Position numbers and translations under genes: made by a program | Assembly: GCA_048013815.1 (NCBI GenBank) | Contig: CM106585.1 | Location: 21,266,001 to 21,330,000, forward strand | Origin: Setoptus koraiensis | Taxonomy: Eukaryota; Animalia; Arthropoda | Direction of reading: 5' to 3' | DNA length: 64,000 bases | Notes under the pieces: model-generated | What the model was told of the DNA's origin: nothing | The model's database searches: none | What the model saw: the letters and a program-made list of their open reading frames with translations, nothing else | In this document: positions 38,847 to 49,825 of the stretch, in pieces | Numbering within the stretch: position 1 is the first letter of the stretch | Layout of the letters: each line of letters starts with the position of its first letter

Positions 38847-38908
38847 CTCACATACAGCTCACATACAGCTCACATACAGCTCACATACAGCTCACATACA
38901 GCTCACAT
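38847..38908. repeat. Perfect 11-bp tandem array (CTCACATACAG) x5.6
   Basis: Read directly. Confidence 0.95.
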
Positions 38909-40190
38909 GTAGCGGACACACCAAGTGGCACGAGTTACGCAACAGCAACTGCAATATGATCAAGCTGCGACAGTGTTACTCGCTCACTCACAGCGAGTGT
39001 TGCTCAGATGGGCACTACGTGTCTCGTGCCCATCTGATTGTAAAATAAACACACAAATCAACTTAATGACGACATTTAGCCTAATGCCAACGGCCGGCCC
39101 AACGGAGGGGCCCGGCCCGCACTGAGTCACTCACAGTTGTATCGGTCATACTATTAGCGCTCGATGGTCGACAATTATATCTGGCCGCGAGTCGACTACT
39201 CACTTCCGGTCTGTCGATACTATCGAGGGACTCTCGCGATATTATCGAGGGGGATAGTCCTTTGAACATTGTCGAACCGCCGCATTGTCGAACCGCCGCA
39301 GATGCAGCGCCCAGAGTGGGTAGCGGTGGATAGAGTGCAATCTATCAATTGGCAATGGGAGCGGAATGGCAGTGAAATGAACCGACAGTGCTAGATTAAC
39401 AACAAAGTATCAATCGTCTCGAGTATTGTTATTCAAAAAATAGAGAAAGAAACAGAGAGAGAGAAAAAAGGGACGAGATGAGAATAATAATATTAATCAT
39501 CACATTTATATACATTTGGCGCGCGACAGACAAGGAGCGCCAGGCGCAATTTACGACGATTCAAATTCTCACAACAACAACCAACAATGATAGGTGCACG
39601 TGTTGGAGATTTTCGCTATTCACATGCCACTGATGATATTTAATGCCGCTTGATTGAACTGGCTCGTTGGCTGGCTGCAATTGGTGTCAGGAGCTCGCTC
39701 GCAATTGCCCGCTATCGCATGATGATGATGATCTGGATGATAATGGCAATAACAGTGATATATGTACATATATCACTGTATATATCACTGTATATATATG
39801 ATAATGGTAGTGATATCAATATATTTGTTATTATTGTTGCGCAATTGCAAATATTGCACCAGATAACCATTGTCTCTATCTGGCAACCGGCAGTCTAGTA
39901 ATCAGAGTCTAGTTAGTGCCCGAATGGGACAGGGCGCTCGCTAATATCCTCTGACAGACACACAGTGTGCGTTGAGATGCGTTTGTGAGAACAACGCACA
40001 CCAATTGAGCATCTTTCGCTGGCCTCTGAGAAATCTTTTGGCGTGGGCGGCCACACGAGCCAAATTAAATTGGCTTATCTCGGGCGCACCATTTATTTGC
40101 AAGGCGCCCCCCACTCAAATGCCAGGCGCAATAGGCCGTAAGAGATTAAGATTTTGTACTCTATCCCGTTAGCCAGGCCATTCGCTGGCT

Positions 40191-40282
40191 GCTGCCACGG
40201 GATCCACAATCATGCTGCCACGGGACCCGCAATCGTGCTGCCACGGGACCCGCAATCATGCTGCCACGGGATCCACAATCAT
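40191..40282. repeat. 23-bp minisatellite (GCTGCCACGGGA[T/C]CC[A/G]CAATC[A/G]T) x4
   Basis: Four contiguous units in an A-B-B'-A pattern, with no spacers. Confidence 0.92.
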
Positions 40283-42663
40283 CATGGGCTGCGTGGGCCG
40301 CGCGGGCCGCTCGGGCTCCAGGTGCCAGTGACAGTCATAAATTATCGGAGCGCCATTGATTGGGGCCCGTCTGCAGAATATGCCGCCCGAAATGGGGCTC
40401 TGGCGTCAAGCGCACACTGCAGTCAATCAACTGCCACCGGGCCGGTCCGCCCGCCCGCCCGCCCGCCAGCAGTCAGTCAGTCAGTAGTCAGCCAGTCAGT
40501 AGTCAGCCAGTCAGTAGTCAGCCAGTCAGTCAGTCAGTCAGTCAAAGGCACAGACAGACAGATCTGATTATGATGATGATGATTATTATTATTATTATTG
40601 CTATTACTATCAGTATTACCACTGGCAGTGCTGTTATTATCATGATGATGATGATGCAACATTAAATACGATCATAAATTCTTGCACCTGTCTGTCTGTT
40701 GTTGCTTTTCTGACACTTGTACTTATATGGGGGCCACTGTGTGTGTGTGTGTGTGACAGGTAATAGAGCTAATGGATGTAGAGAGCCAAAGAGAAAGTGC
40801 TTGCGGCTAATGAGCTGAATTAGATGTGTTTTAGATAATGAGCAAACGCTGGCGCGCGCCCGGCCCAACCGGAGCAATTGAGCCCCTGCAAGAAGTCATT
40901 TCCTGCAAACTACCATTATGCGCGCTGCACAAACAACAAATAATGTGCATCAGCTTAAGCTGGCGCGCCCGGCGAGCTAATATCGCACTATTGACGCCAC
41001 TGGGCCAGCTCAAATATGGCCGAGCCACACACAACCGGCCGGACGAGATACAACTGGGGCCAGTGTAACTTTTTGTTTTTACTAAATGTCCAGTTATTTA
41101 GTCGGTCAGTTATGTCGTCAGTTATAAATTGTAGCTGGGCGCGCGTGAGTATAAGGCGCGCGAGTATGAGGCGCGTGAGTATAAGGGGCGCGCGTGAGTG
41201 TAAAGTGCACGTAGTGCGCAGAACGTGCCAGCTCAGCGCGCTGCGCTAATCAAAACGCTGCCACTGACCGTTAGATCACCCGTCATCAATTGATACTAGG
41301 CCAGCATTAGCGCTGCCATTGTGAGTATTGCCGGGCCAATATTAGCGCACAATCATAGCGAGCCATCATATCACACACGCACGCTGGCGAGAGATGATAT
41401 CAAACGTGCCAGTGAGTCGATCAGGCGCTTGCCATTTGTCTGTCAAAATAAGAAATGACTGCCGGCTGACAAATGTACACACGCGCGCGCGCAGCCTAAT
41501 GGGGCCGCTTTCCTCTCGCGCCGAGGAAATGCACTCTGGCGCGTTCGTTCGTTTGTTTGTTTGTCTCGACTGTGCGCGGCGCGGCGCACTGGCCAGCTCA
41601 GGTGCGCTACGTGCAACAGCCTACGCCAACGCGAGCGTTGCGTAACGCGTGCACAACAGTTGTGCCCGCGCGTCCATTACGCACATGCAATTTGCTGTCG
41701 CTGTTGTTGTTGGCGTGGTTGTTGCTGTCGCCGTCGTGGCCGCTGTTGGCCGCTGTTGGCTGTTGTTGGCTGCTGCTGGCTGGCTGCCGTTGGCCGTGCC
41801 ATCGACTGGCCAGAGCGGCAGCTCATTCGATCTGTCGTTCTGTCTTTGCTCATTACTTAAATAATCATCTTAAATCATGGTGCATTTGGTGACACACATA
41901 GAATGTGTCATTAACGGCGACAGTAATAGCTTTGTGTGTGTCTGCGTGCGTGAGTGTGCAGCGCGTGCACGCGCTGCCTGACGTAACCGATCTGATGGAT
42001 GGACAAGACTGATGGCTGCCATTATCTGTCCGTCTGGCTGGCGCGCACAGTGCCGGCCATAACTGCGCCGCCACCGGCTACCTAAAGATAGCGTTTGATA
42101 AATACACATTAAATTTAACGAACACAAGTCACAGCGAACAGTCACAGCGCACAGTCGGCAAACAGTGAATTAGCCAGAGTGCGTGTTGTGAGCAAAGTGT
42201 CGCACGGAGACAATCTAATCTGTTCCGATGTGCGCCCGTTATTCACAAGCCGCTTCACTGTTGTTTGCGTCCGTCAATGGCCTACGACTGCCATACAACC
42301 ACCAGTTGTTTTAGGCCGGTCACCGGTGCGGCCGCTGGCCCACACTCCGGCGGAGCGGTCACCTTGGTCGGGCGCGCCAAACTCAAACGTCCGCTCGTCG
42401 GTGACGAGTCGTCAGAGTGCGCAGTCGGCACGCCGCAATATGCACGCCGCCGCCGTCAGGCGCGCATCTGTCGAGATGGGGCGACTTGCGGCTGGCCGGC
42501 CGAGCCGCCGGGTCGGGGGCGCGCGAGTTGCGCAGCGAGCCAGCGTGCGCGTGCCATGAATAAGCCCGGCCGGCGCTGGCGGTGCGAGGGCGCCGCGAGA
42601 CCTAAGACGTCCACTCTATTCCGACGGGACACCAATCCGTGCCGCGCCGCACGGGCGCAGCCG

Positions 42664-42748
42664 CCCATTGTGGAGCCCATTGTGGAGCCCGTAGTGGAGC
42701 CCGTAGTGGAGCCCGTAGTGGAGCCCGTAGTGGAGCCCATAGTGGAGC
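42664..42748. repeat. 12-bp tandem array (GTGGAGCCC[G/A]T[A/T]) x~7
   Basis: Read directly. Confidence 0.9.
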
Positions 42749-43917
42749 AAGGCCGAAATGTGGCGCGTGCAATGGCAGTGGCGAAAGAGTGATGATCATG
42801 ATGGTTATTAGTGGCCATCATGTCGGTATTGGCGCGCCTTGTGATCGCAAATGATGATGATGATGGTCATCATCATTATGATTATTACTTGTGTGTCAGA
42901 AAGAATGAGTGCCACAGTGTGTGTGCGCCGCTATCATCATCATTATGATGATTTAGCTGGCTGCCGCTAACAGCGCTTGTTTTGTCTTAACTGGTTGCGC
43001 AACTTGACTGGCGACGTAAGTTTTATTTGATCCTGTCACACACGCACACATTGCTTGGCAGTGCCGAGTTGGCACGTTGCTCGCGCGGCGCATTGCGCTA
43101 TCCGATGGCGGCTATCGGCAACCAGTGAGCGGCCACTGATTCGCTGCATGGCGACCAGATGGACAATGCCCAAGTTGGCAAGTGCCAGAAATTAGTTCGA
43201 CATTGTCAGTTTTGCGCCACTATTTTTTGCACCGCCACTGTGCTGCGCTGTGAGCGTAACGCATGTCGCCACTGACACCACTGACACCGGCCCGTTGGCT
43301 TATCGCGCGCAAGCCACCAATCAATCTGCAGATTAACTGGCTTGGCCAATTCTCACCTGGCGCTGAGCCGCCCGAGCAAGCTTAAGTGGCTGCGCCGTGT
43401 CACGGCGCTGGCTCGCAGCCAATTGTGGCCTGAGTCACAAGCCTGTTGTCAGTTGTGTCACACAACTTGTGTGGCGTGGTCGCGGGCGAGCGGGCTATCG
43501 CCAGCGCGGCCCGACTCGCCACGGTGCGCCGGTGACAGTGCAGTGTCAGTGTGGCAGTTATCTGAATTATTCATAACCAGCGCTCAGCTCGCACACTGCG
43601 CAGAGCGAGCACAGGCACCGGTCAGCGGTGCTTACGTAAGTCTTGCGTCGCAGGACAGGGTTATATAACAACACACGCAACACAATATGTAGTCATGGTT
43701 AAATTATAACGCGCATGCATTGCGACACACATTACATGACACTGTCACTGACAGTCTGTCAGTCACTGTTCGGCGGCCACTCTTGTGACATGATGTGTGT
43801 AATGATGTGACGCGCACACGGGACGAGACAAGTGATTTGGCCACCGATACAGTATCGATACACAGCGATACTGGCGCCGGCAGTCGGTAGGCCAGTCAAC
43901 ATGTGCAACAAACGCAG

Positions 43918-43978
43918 CCATTATATAACATTATATAACATTATATCACATTATATCACATTATATCACATGTGATAT
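43918..43978. repeat. 10-bp tandem array (CATTATAT[A/C]A) x5 ending in a 16-bp palindrome
   Basis: Read directly. ATATCACATGTGATAT lies at 43963-43978. Confidence 0.85.
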
Positions 43979-44660
43979 CGCTGTGCGATATTGTTGCATA
44001 ATGCAGGCGATGCCGAGTGTCACAATCTATCGACCACAGATAACGAGTGTCGTCAGAGGCCGCTGTGCAGACGGCAGCAGCAGCAGCGGCGGCAATTAAT
44101 TAAACATGACGCGCCACGGCAACAACGGCGGTGATATTCCATAAATTAATCAGTTGTGTGTTTAATTAACACCATTGTCGTGCTTGCAGTCGTGTCGAGA
44201 GGAATAATTTAGAGCAACGAAATTGTTTGGGCCACAATTTGCTTCTATTTTGTGACAAAATAGGAGTAAAATTGCTCTTACGAGTTGTCGTAACAACACA
44301 CAAATTGCAAACAATCGCACAATCTCGCCACCGCCGGCGCGTTTTATTTGCACTCTTTCTCTCTCTGTCTCATCTCTTGTGGCAGTCCAATGATGCAGCT
44401 CTCTCTGCAAAAGTAGTCGCACAAAAGTTACGCAACCATCACACCAAATCTGCACCACACTTGATTATATAATAATCGGACACTTATTGGCAAGCTGTTA
44501 TGCTAATCACTCATGGTAGCCAGACATCGACATATACGCACATATAGCACACACACACACACACACACAATCACATCACGCTAATTAGAGGATGAACTCG
44601 ATTGATTAACATTACACATACGCTGTAGCTAGCACTTTCGCTGCAATTGCCACTTGTACA

Positions 44661-47319
44661 ATGACCCAGACCAGACCTATCATAGCCAATGGAAATGACA
44701 GTAGCATCAGCAGTAATGACACAAGTACATCGACCAGAACAACGCGTTTAAACGACGAGTCGACAAAATCCAATTGTAACAACAACAAACAATCAACCTA
44801 CAAATCAACAACGCCCTGGTATGCGTGCTGTCACTATAAGAAGGACACCAAATTAGCAAATGCGTTACACAAACACAATGACAACAACTTAACTACCGGT
44901 GACAACACCGGACACAACAATTATGACAAAAACAGTGACAATGTTCTTGTGAGCGACATTATTGGCGGATTTGGATTGTACCAGTTGCTCGTGCTTATAT
45001 TCTCTGGATTGCGCGAGGGAACAGTGGGCTACGATGCCGTCGTCACCTCCATTATCACTCAACCTGAGAACAAGTTCAATTGTGTGGGCGCGGAATCCAT
45101 CAACGGGCCACAGTGAGTAGTAACTTGTTGCTCAATGCTATACCACTGCTAACATATAACATCTTTTAGTATTATGTAATCATAATCACAATCGACTCGT
45201 TCCATCTCGTTCGAAAAGAATATCAATTGCCGATCTTGTAGATCCTGCTGCGCAAACTGCAACCACTAATTGCTATCAGCAAGATTCGGGCCTATTGCTC
45301 AAAGATGCCACAGGCAACCCGTTGGTGTGCGAAGCGTTCTCGTATCACTCAAAAAATCCTCAATCGCTTGTGATCGCGGTGAGTACGTAAACGTCAGTCA
45401 GTGTGTGTGTCCATCGCTGATCAGAAATCAATTGTGATCAAATCATCGACAGTTGTGACAACACATCTAACCTAATACTGTAACCCTGTCATGACATTCA
45501 GTGGAATCTCATCTGCCAGAGGGAGTATCTGGTGGCCCTGATAGAGTGCACCTATTTCATTGGTCTTGTCATGGGCAACGTCATCTGGGGCTACCTGGCG
45601 GACAAAATTGGCCGCTGGCGAGCCTACATCATCGGACACATGGCGGCCATCGTATTTGGTTGGGCGTCGGTGTTTGCGCCCTCGGTCGAACTATTCATAG
45701 TGTTTCGCTTTTTCACCGCAATCGGCTCCATTAGTTATAACATCATCTACACCATACGTAAGAATCTCCAATGTTCGTGCAGCGCATTCAGTAATTAAAT
45801 CTTCCATTGTTGATTCACCTGTAATCATTCCAATTGGTTGATCGTGTCTCTCAACTAACAATTGCGCTCTAAATCTTGTAAACTGACACATACTAAATAC
45901 ATGTTAATATTGCAGAGGTTGAGATAATTGGCACAAAATACAGGTCCTACAGCACCGTTCTGAATCACCTGGGTTGGGTGAGTAACAATTGCGGTTCCCT
46001 CATTGAACACTCAGCAGAGAATTGATTTCCAGAACTAATCGCATCATTGCATATTACATTGGGCCACTGCCAACATGCAGGGCACGGGAGTTCTCTTGGT
46101 GCCGCTAGCGGGACATTGTCTGCCCAATTACAGGAGTATACTGGCCGTCGGTCCGTGCTTGACCCTACTAATGTAAGCTACCATCACAGGCCAATTTAGC
46201 TGTAGTAACATAAACACACCTCTGACATTCTTTTTTGACCCATTGTGGTACTAAAAACGATTTTACAGGTTGCCGTGGGCCTTCTCTATTCCCGAATCGA
46301 GCCGGTGGCTTATGGCAAACGGATATTATCAAAAGGCCAAGGAGGAGTTGTTGCGCGCTGCCAAATTCAACAGAAGAAAAAACGATTCTACCATTGAGAA
46401 CAAAATTGCCAGCCTCAATGAAAATATCAATTACGAGAGACAAATGCAAGAGCTAAGAACAAGCAAGACCTCCTATCGGTTGTTATTTACTAGTTGGTCT
46501 CTAGTGCGCGACACAATAGTATTGTCGTGTTGTACATTTTTGTCTCATTTGTTCTATTACAATCTCACTATTAATTTCAGCTACTTTGGCGATGTGTCAA
46601 TGGACGCCAATTTCATTATTAGTGGCCTAGGTGAATTCATAGGCTGTATAATAGGTGCGCTTATGATGAAATTTATACCACAAAGAAGACTGTGTATATT
46701 TATATTCTTGAATGCGCTAGCTTTGTCGTTTGCTATGCAATCATTTGTTGACACCAATTGGATACCTAGTCTCAATAATCGTATTGTCACTACGGCCATC
46801 AATGCCATTGGAACAATATCATCGCTCACATCTATATTCATCATATTGATTGTTAATCAAGAGATTTATCCCACTATTATTAGACAGACAGGCAGTAGCT
46901 TGGTGAACACCATTGGCGAGACAGGATCAGCGGCGGCTCCATTTCTAGTGCAGGTGACTCAAACCCTTGGTGCCGCTAATACAACGGCTTTGTTTGCCTT
47001 CATGTGTATGGCGGCGGCCCTATCAATGTATTGTCTTAAAGAAACAGGTGGATCGGAGTTACTAGATACTGTTAATCAAGAATTGAGAATGGAGAGCAGC
47101 AGACGCAAATTATCTGCTTTTGTTGCACGCCCAGACAGAGTAACAACATCATCAATTATGAAACATCGTCCAAGTATGACCATTGTTCGAATGGAAAATA
47201 TCTATTGGACACGAGGGAGCAACGTGGCCGACAATGGTTTATATTTGAAAAGCGTGGATGTTAGACGAAGAATGTCAGAAGATATTAATCTAACAAGGAC
47301 GTATAACTCATTAGATTAG
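44661..47319 (+). CDS. SLC22 / organic cation transporter-like MFS protein; join(44661..45112, 45219..45378, 45502..45757, 45916..45977, 46081..46172, 46269..47319), ~690 aa
   Basis: SLC22 signatures: IIGGFGLYQ before TM1, a Cys-containing large extracellular loop ending SLVIAWNLIC, GYLADKIGR (MFS motif A), EIIGTKYR, IPESSRWL, QEIYPTIIRQTG and LKET. GT-AG junctions at 45379/45501, 45758/45915, 45978/46080 and 46173/46268 keep the frame. The intron-1 acceptor is ambiguous (see findings). Confidence 0.88.
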
Positions 47320-47874
47320 TTGTTGCACTTATGGCAATCAAACACTCATCCACTGTTAATGATCAAATCAATTTTTGGATACTCAGTTCATTTTGTAGAT
47401 GCACAAATACACACAAGCAAACATGATTAATCAATAATCAATAATTAATTTTTTTAAAGTTTACTAGATTGATTTTGACGAGCTTCTGTGATTGGCCCAA
47501 ATACGATTTGATATTTTCGGTAGCCCGGTTGTGTACTCAATCGTCTTGGAACATTCTTGAAAAAAAAACATGACGTTGATGAAACATGGTTTCAATTAAC
47601 AAATATCATTTTCAAATAGAAATGTTTGTTAGGTTGTATAGCTAGAGTCTGCACTTTGTATAGTGTCGAAGAAATCGGACACCTCGCAACACGAATCTGT
47701 CAGATCGGCACTAATGGCAAAATGCTAGATGTAAAATCTCTAAAATTCATACCATCCAGCAGCCCAACAATTTGAGGAGTCGGTCTTTGATGTATTTCTT
47801 TGAAAAGACGAGTGCCGATTATCAACATTCTTTGGTCAACTAATTTCCGAGCTAATCCTAGTAGCACTATCAAA

Positions 47875-48657
47875 ATGATTTCTCGATCAATTGTACTATT
47901 GGCTGTGGTGGCTTGCCTTGCTGGCCTCTATTTGGCAGATGATATCAAATTTGACAAGTGTGAAACCGAAGAGTGCAATTTTGCCAAAAAATTATCTCTT
48001 GACGTAAGATATAATTAGATTTAGTCATTAATGTAAACTCACATCAGCACTAGTCACACGCCTGACGTGATCTTATCTTCCTGTTTATGTTCACAGCATA
48101 AAAAAGAGGCCGAGAGCCAAATAAGTAAGAAACTGGAAAAATGGGAACCATGCAGCTACCAGAAATTGTCCATGGAGAAAGGAGACAAGTATCAAATTCA
48201 CGTAAGTTGAGAAAAAAAAAAAGAAAATATCTCGATCATCAGAATAATTTAACAATTCAATTCACTGTATCTAACACTGATCAATGTTCCGCTCCTTCTC
48301 TGTTAGGTTGATGTCTGCAAAGACCACAAACTTGTTATGGTTCTTTGTGTCAAACCTGACAAAAAGTCAACACTCAAGGGTGCTGTTCTTCTACCCAAAG
48401 GCGATGACAAGAAAGATGAAAGAGACAAACTCATGAAGGAGTTAGAGACCAAACTCTTGAAGAAAGAAAAGGAAGAGGAACATTCTACTACACATAAACC
48501 ATCTGAGGCACCCGCGAAAAAAGATTCCGAGACACATTCGACACATAAACCCTCCGAGGCACCCGCGAAAAAAGATTCCGAGACACATTCGACGCACAAA
48601 CCATCTGAGGCACCTTCAACAACTGCAAAACCCTCGACCACTAAAAAAGCAACATAG
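47875..48657 (+). CDS. Orphan secreted protein, 194 aa; join(47875..48003, 48097..48201, 48307..48657); signal peptide, K/E-rich Cys-containing domain, C-terminal P/S/T-rich tandem repeat
   Basis: ATG in a CAAA context. MISRSIVLLAVVACLAGLYLA is signal-peptide-like. Two phase-0 introns (GTAAGA..ttcacag and GTAAGT..tgttag) join three open exons. AATAAA lies at 48818-48823. Confidence 0.78.
48490..48614 (+). repeat. 51-bp coding tandem repeat x2.4 (THKPSEAPAKKDSETHS)
   Basis: Units at 48490-48540 and 48541-48591, plus a partial unit at 48592-48614; differences are synonymous. Confidence 0.93.
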
Positions 48658-48817
48658 GTAGTCAGTCTATCATGATATCTCACTAAACTGAGACAAAAAT
48701 TGCTATGATGAAGGACTTTTCAAAACCTACAATAGAAAAGAATTTGCTGTCATCAGTCTTTGAGGTAACATGTGTGCAGGATAGATTGCAATGACGACTA
48801 ATTCTTACAAAGTTATC

Positions 48818-48823
48818 AATAAA
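48818..48823 (+). terminator. Polyadenylation signal AATAAA of the secreted-protein gene
   Basis: About 160 nt after the stop codon, in AT-rich UTR. Confidence 0.5.
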
Positions 48824-48859
48824 AATCTCATAGAACAACAATTTTATCAAGTTGAAAGT

Positions 48860-49380
48860 TGAGTAACATCTTGAAATTAATGCAACTATTCTTTTGCGAA
48901 CCTAATCCAAGTTCATATCCGATATTCGCGTCGAGGTCGATACATTCAAGGAATACCTTCAGGTGCATCTATTGTGCCGATTCACTGTTAAAACGAATCT
49001 CTGTAATGTCTACCATTCTCGTGCACGATACGATTGAAATAGGCTGAATCTCTGCTAGGGGTGGCGAAACTCCTCCGCGAACAATTTTTGTCAAATAGAA
49101 GATTTTGACAGGTATCCGTTTGTTTTTGCCAATTTCCGCCGACGAATGGATCTTTTTTCGCTGTATCCACCATTCCTTCAAACACACTAGCGCGTGACAT
49201 TTTTTCGTGTCCTTTTTGAATGATGGTATTGGATCCATAAGAGCATTATCTTGAAGGAATTAAAGTCAGAAAACTAATACAAATTTGCCAATTTAGACAA
49301 GATCCGGGACACGATCGCCAAAATCCGACAAAGAAACTTTTTCATACTTGGCGCCAGAACGAGCTTCCAGCATCACATGA
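48860..49380 (-). pseudogene. Possible decayed non-LTR retrotransposon (LINE) reverse-transcriptase fragment; alternatively a small unknown gene
   Basis: A single minus frame, interrupted by stops, reads ...NALMDPIPSF...GKNKRIPVKIFYLTKIVRGGVSPPLAEIQPISIVSCTRMVDITEIRF...FLECIDLDANIGYELGLGS. This loosely follows the LINE RT order PDGIP..WK..IPK..YRPISLLSC..QYGF. QPISIVSC is at 49023-49046. Confidence 0.3.
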
Positions 49381-49825
49381 CCTAAGCGTGATAGCGGTCC
49401 GGGTATTTCTCGGAATTGTTCGAATTACTTGACAGGTCATTCGTTATGCATCTCGGGGATTTTTAGGGTTTTTTTTTGTTTTTTGCATCCATTCATCTTT
49501 TGAATATCCCTGAAAAAGAACGCCCCCTCTCAAAGGCAGCTCATTCGTGTGCACTTGAGCATCATTCTATCCGATTACGGCTAAAATATAGATCGTGAAT
49601 CTACAGATGTGATGTACAGATGTGATTGTCCATTGATTCAAACGGTTATTATATTTCCATCACATCATTATTACTAATTGACATTATTGCCTATTATTAT
49701 AATCGTTAGTTAGAGTTACAGAAAACGTCAAAATTATTAGTAGACATTCTCTCAATCGCAGACGATTATTTTCAGCAACAATTTCGAATTATTAGAAAAG
49801 CAAACAAGTTGAAGCTTCGGGCAGG

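Larger units (their letters stand above)
11972..44660. other. ~32.7-kb gene-free interval between the divergent tsh and SLC22 genes; probable tsh cis-regulatory domain
   Basis: Every ORF in the track here is short and either repeat-derived or lacks recognisable motifs. The interval is dense in microsatellites, short tandem arrays and GAGA tracts. Confidence 0.65.

Noticed and set aside
40191-40282. 23-bp direct repeats as a CRISPR-like array
   Set aside because: The units are contiguous with no unique spacers, the context is eukaryotic, and there are no cas genes.
13523-43978. Perfect 14-16-bp palindromes (13523, 15116, 23786, 43963)
   Set aside because: A few such palindromes are expected by chance in ~35 kb, so there is no clear enrichment.
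12000-44600. Search for conserved arthropod miRNAs, tRNAs and LDPTGxY (tarsal-less/mille-pattes) small ORFs
   Set aside because: No match was seen by eye. An Infernal/miRDeep search would be needed to exclude divergent ones.
49060-49110. AATTTTTG Sm-site-like motif suggesting a spliceosomal snRNA
   Set aside because: The flanking sequence does not match U1, U2, U4, U5, U11 or U12.
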